A stretch of DNA of 63,584 nt, filler included, from Welwitschia mirabilis (taxonomy: Eukaryota), in assembly GCA_051453625.1 (NCBI GenBank). It is 5 parts of one record of this genome, joined end to end, with 100 filler letters (N's around TTAATTAATTAA, not from the genome) between each part and the next. Parts side by side here need not be neighbours in the genome. Positions count along the whole stretch, not along the records: positions 1 to 15,834 come from JBOZIK010000001.1; positions 15,935 to 32,773 come from JBOZIK010000001.1; 3 more parts are not named here. One strand, written 5' to 3'. Both the position numbers and the translations under genes were made by a program. Positions within the stretch are counted from its first letter, which is position 1; every line of letters begins with the position of its first letter. Under the pieces are notes generated by a model, which saw nothing but the letters and a program-made list of their open reading frames with translations, made no database searches and had not been told where the DNA came from. Below, in pieces: positions 11,071 through 24,535 of the stretch.

Positions 11071-11390
11071 TGGCTCTCATATATTATAGTAGTTAAATTC
11101 AAAATTATTTTATTTTGGCTTTTTATTTCAGTTTCCTAAATGTTTATGATCTCTAAAATGTAATACAATTTATTTTATAAGTAAAATCTATTTTGTAAAT
11201 GGTCATTGTATCTTTCACTATTATAGCTTAATATAACATGAAATAAACTATAAATTAAATTTGAATATAGTTGCAACTATCATGGTAAAATTATTGATTA
11301 AAACCTGAGAATCCCAGCATGTGGCTTAGAGGTGGTTGCTTAGTGACTTGAGAAAATGGGGGGGGGGGGGGGGGGGTGGGTTGGTCGGAA

Positions 11391-11430
<40 letters not shown>

Positions 11431-11719
11431 ATGGAAGGAATCAGGTGTTTGCTGAAATTGTATTTCTATTTGTACTTAACATTTAAACCTTGCACACGTG
11501 AATGAAGATAATTAATAATACCATGTAATATAAAATATGGTATTAACTCAAATTATTAGCATAAAGAAATACATAAATGAATTTTGAAATCCTATTTCCA
11601 GAAGATATCTACTTGGAAATAAGGCATCCGTAAAGCTAGTTGATTGAGTATGAATGTCATCAACAACGCATTACAAAATCATAAACTCAAGCAGTCACTT
11701 TTAAAAATACTTTGGTTAT

Positions 11720-12721
11720 GTTGAACTTTGAAGAGATGGTTGGTGGTGTTTTGGCTGAAGAGCCTTGTTGTGCAACCAGTATTGGTGGTTCATCTACAGG
11801 TGAGGCTATGGTTGTCAAGGGGAGTAGGAAGCAAGCCAAAAGGAAACCTTTGAGATGCTAGTATTGCAAGGAATCTAGACACATGAAAAAGAGCTACCTG
11901 GAGCTTAAGAATGATGTTGCCTTCTTTCATAAGATTGACTTGGAACTTCAGGATAGATTGGTCTTTTTTTTTTGTAGAGGAAGACATCATGCTTTGATGC
12001 TAGTGGGCTGTTCTTTTTCTCCCAATTTCATAACTTGTAGCTAGTGGGAATTCTTTGTGCATCTGTTGGTGTTTGTTTTGCATGGTGTATGTCTTATTAT
12101 CGCTGATTGGTTCAACATTACATGGTTGGGCATTTTTGAAGATTATACCTATTAGTTGCGGTTTGGTGCTATCTTCTATCTATTTGGCTTGAGGAGGCCT
12201 CATCTGGTTTGGATGTTTTTGTGCATGGATGTTCCTCAAGACTTGGTGCACAACCCTGTCGGTTCATTTGCATGTGTGCTTGTTTTTGTTTGTTGTGGTT
12301 AGTAGTGAATAGGGTGTGTTGGATGGCGAAATAGGTGTTCATCATTTGCTTTTTTGTTGAGGCCACTCTTGTTTATTTGAAAACTGATTAGATTTGTTTT
12401 CAAGTGTGAGAATGTTAGAAAAATAAGGCCAATCTTCCCCTTCTTTATTATGTCCCTTTTAATTGGCTTAGACAGTCTTAACCCTCATAAGGTTATTTCT
12501 ATGTAACTTATGTGGGTTGGGAGTTGAGTCAATGTTAAGAATTTTGTTTTTAAGGCTTGAGACCCTAAAATGAGTCTATAAAAGAGAAACATGGGTTGGG
12601 GAAGATTGACAAGCGGCTTTTGGTTGTCCTATTGAAGACTTTTGCACTGTTTGAGGTCTTGGACCTTATTAAATCTTTTTGTAGTTTTCTTTGCTATTTT
12701 TGCTTGCTGTTTCCTAATACA
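11720..12721 (+). mobile_element. Deleted Ty1/copia remnant: gag zinc knuckle, PPT, 3' LTR
   Basis: Decayed CCHC (LRC*YCKESRHMKKSY) at ~11850-11900. PPT-like CAAGTGTGAGAA is followed by TGTTAG at 12413, and TATA (CTATAAAAG) lies at ~12577. Boundaries approximate. Confidence 0.6.
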
Positions 12722-13799
12722 CCCATATTCATTTACCAGATTGGGGGAAGTTTGTCGAGTTCAATATGAAGGAGGTTTGGGCCAAATATTTGGAGAACTT
12801 CAATGTAGCCCTTTTAGGGAAAATTGTCTAGAGATTTATCAAGGATGGTGCATTTTGAATCTGAACAGTGCAAGAGAAATATTTACAGCAAGGAAAATAT
12901 CTCTTCTTAAGTCAAAAAAAATTATTAGCGCTTCAACATTTGGGGATGATTAGAAAAAATCATGTCTTGGCTCTACACATGCTGCACATGGGACTCACGT
13001 TAAACAATGGACATGGCAATGCAAAGGCCAATAAATGGTAAAATAGGATTATGAATCCTCATGATCTCCACATTATTGAATGATTCTAAAAGATGCCATG
13101 TAGTGAACCTTGGGCTATGAATCAAATTATTTTTCAACCTAACCCACATTCCGAACACAAGATATCCTTTAATGAAAGTGTTTGTCTCTTATAAATTGAT
13201 GTCCCTTCTGTACTAATCATATTAAAACTGTTCACTATATCTCTATGCAAGGCCTCTGTATCAAATAACCCTAGCATGAAATTTAGATCTTCAGAGAACA
13301 AAATTTGACACAAATTCTATCAGATTTCATTAAAAACTGGCAACCTTGCAAACGATCCAAAGTCCCACACTATTCATTTCTATCTATTGTGCCAGTTTGC
13401 CTATTGCATGTTTGGCACAACAGGAATTGCTAAATTTTTCAAGGACAAAAATAAAGAGCTCACTGTCTATTGTAGCACATATTAACATCTTCGAATGAAA
13501 AGCTGAAATTAGTTATGCAAATCTGCTATTGTGCAAACCAAAAGAATGTGGAATGGAATGATGGACGATCCAAGAACTGAACCATGATCCATCAAGCAAT
13601 AAAGATAGGAAATGAAAGTTTGGAAAGCTCTCCAAAGAAGGAGACTTGGGCTTTTTTGGAGCACATGAATGAGTATCTAGCATCATTTGGAGAACCTTTC
13701 TTTAGAATAGGGCACCAGTGCTTATAAGGAGGGAGACGCCAGATCAGATGTAACATGGATAATCTATGGGCACCTCTAAAGGCATGAGTTAAGACAACT

Positions 13800-15834
13800 A
13801 ATCATACAACAAATCTTAAAATGTTATCCATGACCCGCTTCGATGGTAAACACTAAAACAATGAATTAGAATACCTAAACATGCATTATAAGCCTGAATA
13901 TGAGTTAAAAAATGTTGATCTACAATAGTATAATATTATGTCCAAATAGGGTTGCTGACAAATGGTTCAAACATTAAAATGGTGAAAACAACCATTTTGA
14001 GTGCTTTGATCACAATTTCGAGCTTGATTCCTGCCACTTTTGGTAAAATGCGCCCCTAAAATACTAGAATATAGCATAAACGACATGAAATTCAGTCATA
14101 AAATGCGGACAATGCACATAGAATACCCTAGGTTGAAAATCAGAGCATTATGGCTCAGTTACACCATTGGGCCCTTGTCTTGGTCATTGGGATCAATCAT
14201 ATTGCAAGGTATAACAGGTAAAGAAGATACATTAAACTAAATATAAAAGGATCGACCCTAATACAACTCACTAAGTTGCTTAAAAGAGAAGAAGATCAAT
14301 GGGACATGACATATACCCAAACATAACTTGATACGTGTTTATTTGGCATCAAAAATTTGTGCTTAAAGAAAAATACAACTTGAAACATAAACTTTAAAGA
14401 AAAATACAACTTGAAACATAAACTAACTTCAACCAGGGATCTACTCAAGCTTTACGTTTCAGCTTTCAACTTCACAATGACATTAAGCCTTCTTACAAGC
14501 TATCATTTGCTAGGAAGTAATCTCAAGAAACAACATATAGAATAGTTAGTAAAATCAACATTGATCATCACTCCAAGGATGATTCTCATTGTCGAATGCC
14601 TTCAAGCATCTAGCTATCACTTGCTTTGATGTTTTCTTCTGCATACATTGACCCAACAAATAGGGTCAAACATGAATTATGCTATAATTAGAATCAAAGA
14701 TAGCTAATCACAATGTTTCAAGTCAAATTAGACCCAATGCATAAGGGACAACATATGATGGCATTTATTCTATTACAAGCATTGGAAACTAGGGAATAAA
14801 TGGCCCTCAACTAGAGAATAGACAGCCCTGAAGAGATGGTCATGGAAGTTATTCTTCATTAAAGTCTAATTGGTTACCATGCCCTCAAAGCATGAATCTC
14901 GATTGTGCACAAAACCAAATGCTTGCAATAGAGAGAAGCAAGAAGGGTTTCATAACAAGAAAATTATTTTAAAAAAATGAAAGAAAAAGACAAAAAAGAA
15001 CATGGTAGTAACAATCCAAGGAAAGCATGCAATCTAACTAGTGATAATACATATTTAATGATAGAATGAAGGATGCAATGCCCATCCCAAATGAATGCTT
15101 TGTGAATTTGAATCAATGCAGAACAAACGAAGAATACAAGACTGAAGTGCAACTTCTGATTAGCTCCTCCTTGTTGCAACAATGTGCATGTATGCAGATG
15201 TGAAATGGAGAAGCAGATGGTTCCTTATGGCCTTTAGGTTGCCCTTAACAAGATTGGCTTGACACTTGGGTTACCTCGGAACTCAAATTAGCATCACCCC
15301 AAGGTGTCTCTTAGCCCAATCAAGCCCAGTCATCCACATTCCTCCTCCACTGACTTCCATGGAAGATTCCTTAAAACAACCAAATGGGATGTCCATGATC
15401 CCCACTCACAGTTACACATAATAAGTCGGCATTTAAAACTTCTAGCATTTCATACAAACCATCAAACACCATATTATTAAGCCTACCATTAATATGCAAC
15501 GTTTACTTTATAAACATATAGATTGTAAGACATTGTAAGACAAAACATTAAGTTTGTGCACAAGGTTAACATGCTAGAGTGGACTCATCCTTGGATCCAA
15601 AGCAAGATGTAAGTATGTAACCCTAAAAATACCACATGTAGCATATGGTCAATCGTGCAACCAAGGTACCAACCACATTAAAAACAGTAATGTATTGAAA
15701 ATTTATGCTATGCAATAACAATGCTTAAACTCAAACAGTAAAATGAAAAAAAGAAAACTTAGACTGTGGCATTAAAGGAGTAGAACTTATAATTGAGGAG
15801 AAAGCATCCTCCAAAAGCTTAGCATTGTATGATG
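13800..15834 (-). mobile_element. Probable gypsy (Tekay/Del-like) LTR-derived sequence
   Basis: Non-coding, with composition and motif style resembling long gypsy LTRs in reverse. No termini or protein motifs resolved. Confidence 0.3.
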
Positions 15835-15934
15835 NNNNNNNNNNNNNNNNNNNNNNNNNNNNNNNNNNNNNNNNNNNNTTAATTAATTAANNNNNNNNNN
15901 NNNNNNNNNNNNNNNNNNNNNNNNNNNNNNNNNN
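15835..15934. other. Artificial contig spacer N44-TTAATTAATTAA-N44 (also 32774-32873, 47606-47705, 59505-59604)
   Basis: The same 100-bp layout occurs four times. The 12-mer places stop codons in all six frames. Confidence 0.95.
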
Positions 15935-16100
15935 CCAAGTTAAGATGGCCTATTATAGGAGCAACATCATGTATAAATACAATGATTAAGAGCTAATGAA
16001 AAACGTGCCCAACCTCCATGTTTGAAGAATTATTATTTTTTTTTAATTTCATAGTACATGATGTTTCAGCAGTTTTAGAATCTTCATAGTCTTCTCCTTA

Positions 16101-16830
16101 TGTTATAGAAAAAAATGCAATGAAAATGGATCACAATGATTTGCCAATCAAACAAAGACTCAATAGAGAATAGTAATACCAAACCGGAGAAGAAAAATAC
16201 AAGGGAAATTAGAGGAAATCAGTACAAGCAACAGAATTCAATTAACTAAGAACATAGACTACAAGGTAAGACCAACACCACAAGCCAAGACTAACCCCAT
16301 AAAGCTAGGGTTTCCAAACTATAACCCTCATAGTGGACACCAATAACTCTCCTTACACCTTTAGAATAATAAACTAGCCATTGGGTTTATACAAACAGGA
16401 TTAAAAACCCTAAAAAACCTAAAGTTTATTTTTTGTAAATGTTCTTAAACATACCTTGAAAATAAAGCTTCTTGATGACATAAATTGAGTCAATTAGAAA
16501 GCTTACATCTACAACATGAAAGGGGTTACAATACCAAAATAAATAACAAGAGTAAAAATATAGATTTGGCTTCAACAATCTCTAAAATTCTTCCTTCCAA
16601 GCCAAATCAATGCTGCTCTCCAAAACAAAGTAATAAAGCTCCACCTTGAAACATCATCATTGCTTTAAGATCCCCTATCCTTCACCAACAAACATGGACT
16701 GGAGCATGTAAAAGAACCATCGAGGGGAACAACATATTGTGAGAAGTGTCTTTGCACAAGAACAACCACTAGAACTAGGCTTTCTCAAGGTGGGGGAAAA
16801 ACACATAGGATAACATCATTCTAACAACTA
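16101..16830 (-). mobile_element. Ty1/copia 3' LTR (16101-16577) with PPT and short internal remnant
   Basis: Runs TGTTATAG...GATTTGGCTTCAACA. The reverse-complement start TGTTGAAGCCAAATC resembles the LTR starts at 9301 and 46827. A purine tract is adjacent on the minus strand. Confidence 0.65.
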
Positions 16831-17912
16831 TAAACACCATCCTATGCATGTGATCTTTTCCTTAGTCATGTACTGCATGCATATTTTCTCTTGAGTACTC
16901 TTTTGTTAAATATTCAGTTTGTTGAACACCCTCTCTTCCAGCCTAAATCCTTCATTTGGTACTGGAGCATTGTGATTAGGTTTACTTAGCAATCATGCCA
17001 ACTGGTTCTAACTGTTTCGCTAGTGTTCCTTCCCAGGTTCAAGTTCTTTGATGAAGCCCCCAAAATCTGATTGCATTAATGTGTGGGGACATGTGATGTC
17101 AACCTTTATGTAAATACTAAGTAGTATAACTTACTGATGATTGTAGCAGTTGGAGGGAATTGATTTCATGTACATTCCTGACTTAGTTGATGACTTAATA
17201 CTAGGTCCATTTCCTATATTTTCTAGGTACGAATCATTCTGTTATTGCATTGAATCACTAAGTCATGTTGCAATATCTATTTCATTTTAGTATGTATTTA
17301 GGATATTTCTAGTTCTTTCCTGATTTATCCCTGATAGTCTCCATTTCTATTGTAGTAGCGTATCACCTATGTAAGTATGTAATGTACTGTATTAAGTTAT
17401 GTATAGCATTACATATTTTCTGTTGAGTACTCTTTTGTCAAAAGTTCATTTTCGTTCAAAACTGTTTCCTATGACCTAAATTCTAATTGTGGAATAAGAG
17501 CATTGTTGTTCAGATCACTAATTGTTATTGTAGAAACTATTGGAAAATTAGGATCTAGGACATCAACCCAGGCATGGATAGCATAATATTTTGATGATGG
17601 TAGTGATTGAAGGAAATCAGTTTCATGTAACTTCTTGACTTAGTTAGTGGCTTAGTTACTATATTTGTTTTCTATATGTGGAAAGGTACAAAACCTTCTA
17701 TTGTTTTATTGACTAAATAAGTCACGGTGGAATATCTAGTGATTTAATATGTGAATACTATATTTCTAGTTTCTTTTTTAATATATCCTTGAATATGTCC
17801 ATTTGTATTTTAGTAGCATATCAATTATGTGAGTATGTAATATATTAGATTGAGAAATCTAGCACATACTACCAAATGTTCACACTTGTTTAAAACCCTT
17901 TGGTATTAGACC
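16830..17912 (+). repeat. Tandem array of short copia LTR-PBS units (tandem-TRIM-like)
   Basis: Three LTR ends, each followed by a decayed tRNA-Met PBS (16957-16968, 17490-17501, 17901-17912). 17120-17410 and 17580-17865 are collinear repeats, related to the LTR at ~28996-29255. Confidence 0.7.
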
Positions 17913-19319
17913 ATGGTAGCTCATGGTGAAACCTATGAATATTGGGCTACAAAGAAGAAAACATTCATGATCTCTAAGTTCTATAGAATCTAATAGAAAC
18001 AAGTTTCGTAGACATTGTAGATCATCTAGCATTGGTAGCTATTTTAAAGCAAAGGAAGGAAGAGCTGCACAGTTTGAGGAAATTGATGCAAGAACCTTGT
18101 TTGTCATTCAAATTGACATAGGTCAAACAATTATTCCAAAGATTGTGGATGTGAAGTGTTTTAGGGAAGCTTTCGTAATACTAGATGTAGTATATAAAGG
18201 ATATACGAAGGTCCAACTTGTGAAATTGCAGATGTTAAGGTGATCTTTTGGATCCTTAAGAAGGAAGGATTTTGTAATCATTGACTAGTGCACTAGCGAA
18301 GTTTAACAAGTCACAAGTGGCTCACAATCTGCTAGCCAGAAACTAAAAGTACATGGAACAGCTAGAAGCCTAGAGTCATGTTGGAGTACCTTTTGATTAT
18401 GTCTTTGAACTTCATGAGGCTCTGTATGGTCTCAATCATACCTTCGAAATGCCGATCGAGGTGCAGAATTGTGTTTTTATTTGAAGATTTGAATTGTCAG
18501 AATGCCAAGCCAAAAATTGCATGGAATTGCAATTTGAAAAGGAAGGGGGTGTGGAAGAGGAAGGAAGTTGGGACAGGGAGATATGAGAATTTTTTAATAG
18601 TTTTAATAGATAGTTAAATCTAATTGATTTTAAAGCCCAAAAGCAACTTAAATTTCCTAATATAAACCAAGCACATGGTATTTCAAGTCAAATCAACGAT
18701 CTTTATCATTCGCTACATAAAAACTAGTATTTTACTATACTCAAAGGTCAAAACAAATGTGTCCACACTCCATAGGAATTACAGATAATTTAGATATGCA
18801 AAATTTCCTATCCATGGACATTTATGTTGGCCATCACAATATAAAATTTGACAATGAATGCAATTCTAAAACAAAGCCATAGAATAATGAAATCACTAAA
18901 TGATCTATGTCTTGTCCAGTGGCTGTCATAAGGAGGATGGACCTTTACCTCTTTCAGATTTAACCTTGGCTCCTTGAATGAGTCTAGCTTCCTCCTCTAT
19001 AGTCATCTGCCACCTCCTGAGTATCATCTGAAGCAAGTTTGGATGCCTAATAGATTTGGCACTAGAGATGTATATGTGTGGATGTGCAGGACTACTACTA
19101 GCAACAGGGATATCTACATCGATATATTGCTCAAGAACATGGGCATGAGGATCATCATCCAACCAATCTATGATGCCAACAAACCTTTTCTTATTATCAG
19201 TAAGATCAACCAATGCATCGAGGTATGATGTCTCATAAAATCAATCAAGTTCATGTCTCTTCCTAAGGGTGGTGTCTTTATAATAACATCATACCTATTT
19301 CATTCTTTCTTACCTTTTC

Positions 19320-19452
19320 CCCTTTTTTCTTTTTGACCATAAATTTCAAGTTTAAAAATTCACTTAACATTTTCTTTTTAGTGTTTACTTGTCTAGATTT
19401 GAACCCATGAGCTCTCATCTTTGACCATTATAACTTAACCATTTAAGCTATT
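19320..19452 (-). mobile_element. Short tRNA-derived SINE or tRNA-like relic
   Basis: Minus strand TAGCTTAAATGGTTA (A box) and GGGTTCAAATCT (B box) at tRNA-like spacing, then A-rich sequence. No intact cloverleaf. Confidence 0.5.
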
Positions 19453-19459
19453 ATTTTCT

Positions 19460-20640
19460 TATATTACTTTTTAATAGGGAATGACTAAAAATGTCACTTG
19501 AAATTTCAATTTGGCATTTCTAGTCTTCTTATATTATAAAATTTGAAGTAATCCACATTTTTAGAGTTGTGTGGAAGAACTACCGCATTATATTATAAAA
19601 TTTTAAGTAATCCACATTTTTAGAGTTGTGTGGAAGAACTACCACATGGTTGGGATATATGTGAAACCACACGTCTTCATGGATTCGAAAATTTAGTTGT
19701 GCTTCCCCTTGATTGAAAACATCAAGGTTTGGGAATCACATGGTTTATACTTTTTGTCTTCCATTTTGAGAATCCTTCTTAGATTATTTTGAACTTGATT
19801 CATCTACCTTTGCTTCTTTTATTTTGATATTTATTCACATTTCATGTCTCCATTAACATATTGTTTTTCTTATTCAATCATCTTTTCCAAAGTTCAAAGT
19901 CACATGTAAATTCCTTTTCTTTCTTCACAAAGTCGAGTAGACAATTTAGTTTCTTAGGCTCTTTTTTATGCCCTTTTAGCTACTGATTTTTACTTCCAAA
20001 ATTGTGTTTGACATTTGCTCTTCAAATCTATCTTTGTTCTTAAGTTGAAAGGTTGTCTGGCACTTTTCCACACCCCTTTTATCTTTTTGTCTTTTTTTGG
20101 TTTTTCCTCCCACTTCAGACATCAAAAAAATTACTGCCGCTTACTTGGAAAAGGCTCTGATACCAACTAAAAGAATTTCAAATTCAACAATTGAGAAAAT
20201 TGCAAATACAAGGATATTCCCAAGGAGTAAACCCTTAAGAAACAGCGATAAATAATTTTATTAATAAATCACATAAAATACATCAAATTAAATTCTGATT
20301 CACTTCAAATAATGTGCTGCCACAAGGATCTTATACTATCATAATAGGCATGCCCAAGGGGTCTTACTCAAACACAAGGGACTGCCTTAGGAGGGCTTAT
20401 GTCAAATTCTGACTTCTGATTGTAACTTTGGATATTAGTCTTGAATGTTCTCCTTTCTGGTGCTTGATGATATGAATTGATTTGATCCAAACTCCTTTTA
20501 TAGGTCTTAAAGGATGACATCATTTTGAAGAGAAACATCTTTTAATTTTTCATGGAAGGGCCTTTTAATTTACCCCTTTTTCTCGTTTGATATTCTTTAA
20601 TTCAATCTTCTTTCTTTTTATGTTCAAAACATTGTTTTAC
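19460..20640 (-). mobile_element. Retroelement fragment with a perfect tRNA-Met PBS, upstream promoter-like region and decayed ORF of unknown type
   Basis: GCTCTGATACCA at 20154-20165. Minus-strand CCTATAAAAGG at ~20494-20504. ATG ~30 nt after the PBS (MSEVGGKTKKRQKDKRG...). Boundaries approximate. Confidence 0.6.
19531..19648. repeat. 59-bp tandem duplication (2 copies)
   Basis: ATATTATAAAATTT.AAGTAATCCACATTTTTAGAGTTGTGTGGAAGAACTACC repeated at 19531 and 19590. Confidence 0.92.
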
Positions 20641-20789
20641 ACATTAGTAAAGTATTTGTTTGTTATCTCACATTAAATGCTAGTGACATTAAAAAAAAAT
20701 TATACTGATGTCATTTTAAAATTAATTTATTGACATCATTAATTGAAAATATTAAGATAGTATTAATATTTTAAAACAATGAATTAAAG

Positions 20790-23700
20790 CATTCTTGCAT
20801 GGATTTAAGTGGGTCACGGATCGTGGATTGCTTTTGGTTTTGGAAGATTTCGAATTGCCAGATCGCTCTAAAGCAGATCATGGAGTGATTTGGAGTGCAA
20901 ATATTAAAAAAAGGAAATATATAACAAATTTTAATTTTTTAAGACATCTTTGCACTTGTGATGACAATAACTTGTAAAACTAAAAATTCTATTTTCAATT
21001 TTCAGTATTATGATTTATTTAAAAAGAAAGCATATAGGTAGTTGAGCATTGTATTACTTAAAAGCTTCAACCACATCAATGCTATAAAACACTAGTACAA
21101 ATTTAAAAATGCAATGTTGCAAACTACAAATCATCATCTTAAAAAAGTCAAAACATCCAAGTATTCAACTAATCAAAGTTCACAAGTACATAATGAAACA
21201 AACAAGAATAAAATGCGAATAGTGGATTTTGTTCATCATCAAATCATCCTCATCTAGATGCTTTTCCCTCACGAGGTCAGTGCTTTGCGTTTTGAATAAG
21301 GCTTGCTTCTTGCGTTGCAATGGCTCGCTCTTGCGCAGTGGTTGTTTTAGACAAGTTTGTCGAATCATTGCACAATTAACTTTGTTCGCTTCTTTGTGTA
21401 GATGTGCTTAGAGACACTATAGTTTCGTTCACATCCAGAAGCACTGCAAGGTTGGCTGAATATTTTGATCGCCAACTTTGTAAGCTTAGGAGTGGAATTG
21501 GCCTATTCCTCTCACCATGCATCTACAAAATTATAGAATGAAATCCAATTGGTCAAAAAACAATTAAAATTAAAAAAAATCTAACTATACAAAATGCAAA
21601 TTTGCAAATTTAATATGCTATTACCTACGACTATTGTGTTGATTTGTTTACGAGCAACAAGCTTGCTAAACAAGGGTCCTTCCTCTTTAACAAATTGGTG
21701 AAGTAGTTTGATTATAAGCTCTTATTCATCCATGTTAGGAGCTAACTTTTCCAATGTATCATTGAAGCCCAACTTAACTTTTGGATCTACTTCATATTCA
21801 ATACCTTCCTTTGCATAAACGAATCAAGGGTTAAGAGGGTGTGTTGCTGCATGCAAGGGTCTGTGGAGCTAATTGTTCCATCTTTGATTAATAAGATCCA
21901 AAAATGGCTTGTAGTTGCCCTTCTCATTATTGGAAAAGTCTACAATTGGCTCTTTGGCTATGTCCTTTGCCTCATCTATTTTTCCCATTAGATAATTATC
22001 CCCATCAATAATGTGAAGCACCTAGAGGAGAGACTCAACAACCTAGGTGAGATATGGAAAAGTTGTCAAGTTTGTCAATAACAAATGTAAATGTTTTACA
22101 TAATACATTTATCTTCACTAACTCGGCTACTTTCTTCCAAAATGTATTGTTTGGTAATTAACTCACTAACTTCTTTACCATTGGGAGGAGTACAATATTG
22201 GAAAAAGTCTTCTCCATGTAGCCACCATTAGAGGCTAAAGCTTACATAAGTTGTAGGCGCTTACTCTCCAAGCTTTTTAATGTTAGGGAGTGTTTGGCAA
22301 AGCGAGTTGTTGCAAGCTTGACAAGATCTTTCCCTTTAGTGTATTTCCTCATGAGACTTAAGATGATAGCATAGTTGTAAACAAATTTCCCAATTTGTTT
22401 AGCTCCATTGATGGCCTCCGAAAATAATAAACTTGGCTAATTTACAAAATAATCACGATTCACCAATATATGTAATGTAGTAAACTAATAATGAACAAAG
22501 TACAAAACCAGACTTCAAGAGTAACAAGACATTCATAAACTCGGAACTAATACTATAATACCTCTGTTATATACTGAATTTTTGACAAGTCCTCTAATAA
22601 CAAATCAAGACAATGAGCAGCTAAGGTATCTAATAAATAGTTGGATGCTTCTTTATCAGCTCTTCCCCTTCCTTAACATAGTTGGAGACAATATCTAGAA
22701 TGAATTGCACGACATTATTTGCCTTAACAAAGTTCACTGTCTCCTCAAATAATTTAAGCAAGCACATTGATCTTTTGACATGATCGAAGGCATCCATGGA
22801 TTTGATGAGTAAAGTTCCCTTCCTAGAGGCTACAAGAAGATTAATTAGTGTCCTTCCCTTAGAGGTTGTCCATCCATTAGCTATAATGGGTCATCTGTAT
22901 GTCTCCCATGCATGCTGTAAAATTCAATTAGAATTCTTAGATGAATGAATCTAATAAAAGTATAAGACGTTAAAATTTAAAAGATATGGCAAACCTAAAA
23001 AAATTCAAAAGGACCCAAAAAAAAAAGAAAAAAAAACTTCTTAATTATTCTTTACTCTGTTTTGTAAGTAGTTTGTCAATGTCTCTTGCACAGGCATCAA
23101 GAAGTGTCCCAGTTGGGTGCATGCAGGTGCTTTGAAACTTGCACTTGCCCTGATGACTGCATCGAACATTGTTTGGGGCAACGAGCTCTTTGTAGCATTG
23201 AAGGGAATTGCATGAACATAGAACCACGATGTAATCATCTTTCTTGCACCTTCGTGGGCACCTTTATTCTATACTCCCATTCCATCAATGGTGGGCTACA
23301 AGCTAGGTGCTATGAATGATGAAAACATATTTGATAGTTTAGCCACATTAAAAAGGGGATTGGTTATGGATTGTAAAGTAAAAGAGCTACTTGTTCTAGT
23401 GTAATTAGGAGAGCCCTCAAAGCATGACTGCACACCCCAATGCTTGCAGAGTGACAAATTGTTAAAATGATTGTTTGGTTTTAGCCTTTTTGCTTTAACT
23501 ACTTGTTCTTCTTCTTGCCACTATGTTTAATATCTTTGTCTTACTTCTGATGGTGCTTTCAAATATGCTCCCATTCCCTTTGATTTTATTTCACCTAAGT
23601 GGAATCTCAAGTTTGAGAAACTCCACCATGACACTCTTTGTTACAAAATATGCAAATTGCAAGTGTTGGTTTCGACCTAGGGGCTACCCAAGTCCAACCA

Positions 23701-24535
23701 AAGTCTTTTCTCTATCTTTCTTCCTCCATTTCAAAGATTCAACTTTCAACTTTGATAGGAACCAACAGACCCGTAGAAACTACATAAAAAATTACAAACA
23801 GTGAAGAATTGATGTAGAAGATAATTTACACCTAAACTTAAAACACTTAAAAATTTAGTTTCATTTGATCTATGTTTTCTGAGTTACGTTATCATTAAGA
23901 CAACGATTCGTAAACAACTATCTGTTTATTTCTGGTTAAATATTAACAGCAACAATAAAGAAAAGTAAGCTTTCACTTAAAGCTCATTTACAACAAGAAA
24001 GCACTATATTGAAACATAGATGGAAGAGATTATAAAGTGTAATCTTTGAAGAAAAGGAGAACAAAATCAAGCATACGGATTTCAGCTTTAATTTTTGTTT
24101 TCTTTTAAAAGAAAAAATCAATGTCAACATTTTGGCAAAAGCTGTTAAAAGCATAGCTGCCAATCAAGTGTAATGAAAGAAATAACAATTTTATAAAACA
24201 GACAAGTACTAAAATCCAAATTCAAAGCACTCTGTTTCCACTTTCAAAACCTCAAAGAATTGATTTGATAAAAGAATTTGATGTTTTTGAGCTTGAGAGA
24301 CGCTGTCTGAGTGCTCTATTGTGCTTGAAGACTGTGAAAACCAGAACAGCATACTCAGTATCCATTTTTTATAGTGCACTGTTTGATTTTCTTAAAAAAC
24401 TATCTGCAGTCTCGTAGAAGACCTGCTCCGCGATTTATGTGCTTTAGACTGTAATTCTTCAGAATTTGTGATCTAGGAACAATCTGGATTGGTTCCAAGC
24501 TAGAGCATCATTCTGATCTAATCCGAGAAACATTG
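20790..24535 (-). mobile_element. hAT (DUF659-type) DNA transposon 1, full-length but decayed
   Basis: Exact 8-bp TSD AATTAAAG at 20782-20789 and 24536-24543. Degenerate TIRs CATTCTTGCATGGATT / CAATGTTTCTCGGATT. Transposase motifs WFYVHAIPFNA, IIANGW..GRTLINLLVASR.GT, RFAKHSLT, IIN.RWNN.LHRPLHAA and the dimerisation domain SQPCSASGCERNYS. Confidence 0.92.

Noticed and set aside
14363..14424. Small tandem duplications (~31 bp here; 29 bp at 33982-34037)
   Set aside because: Ordinary slippage or repair duplications inside dead TEs.
15879..15890. Recurrent palindrome TTAATTAATTAA (also near 32818, 47650, 59549)
   Set aside because: Always centred in N44...N44; an assembly linker with six-frame stops, not biological.
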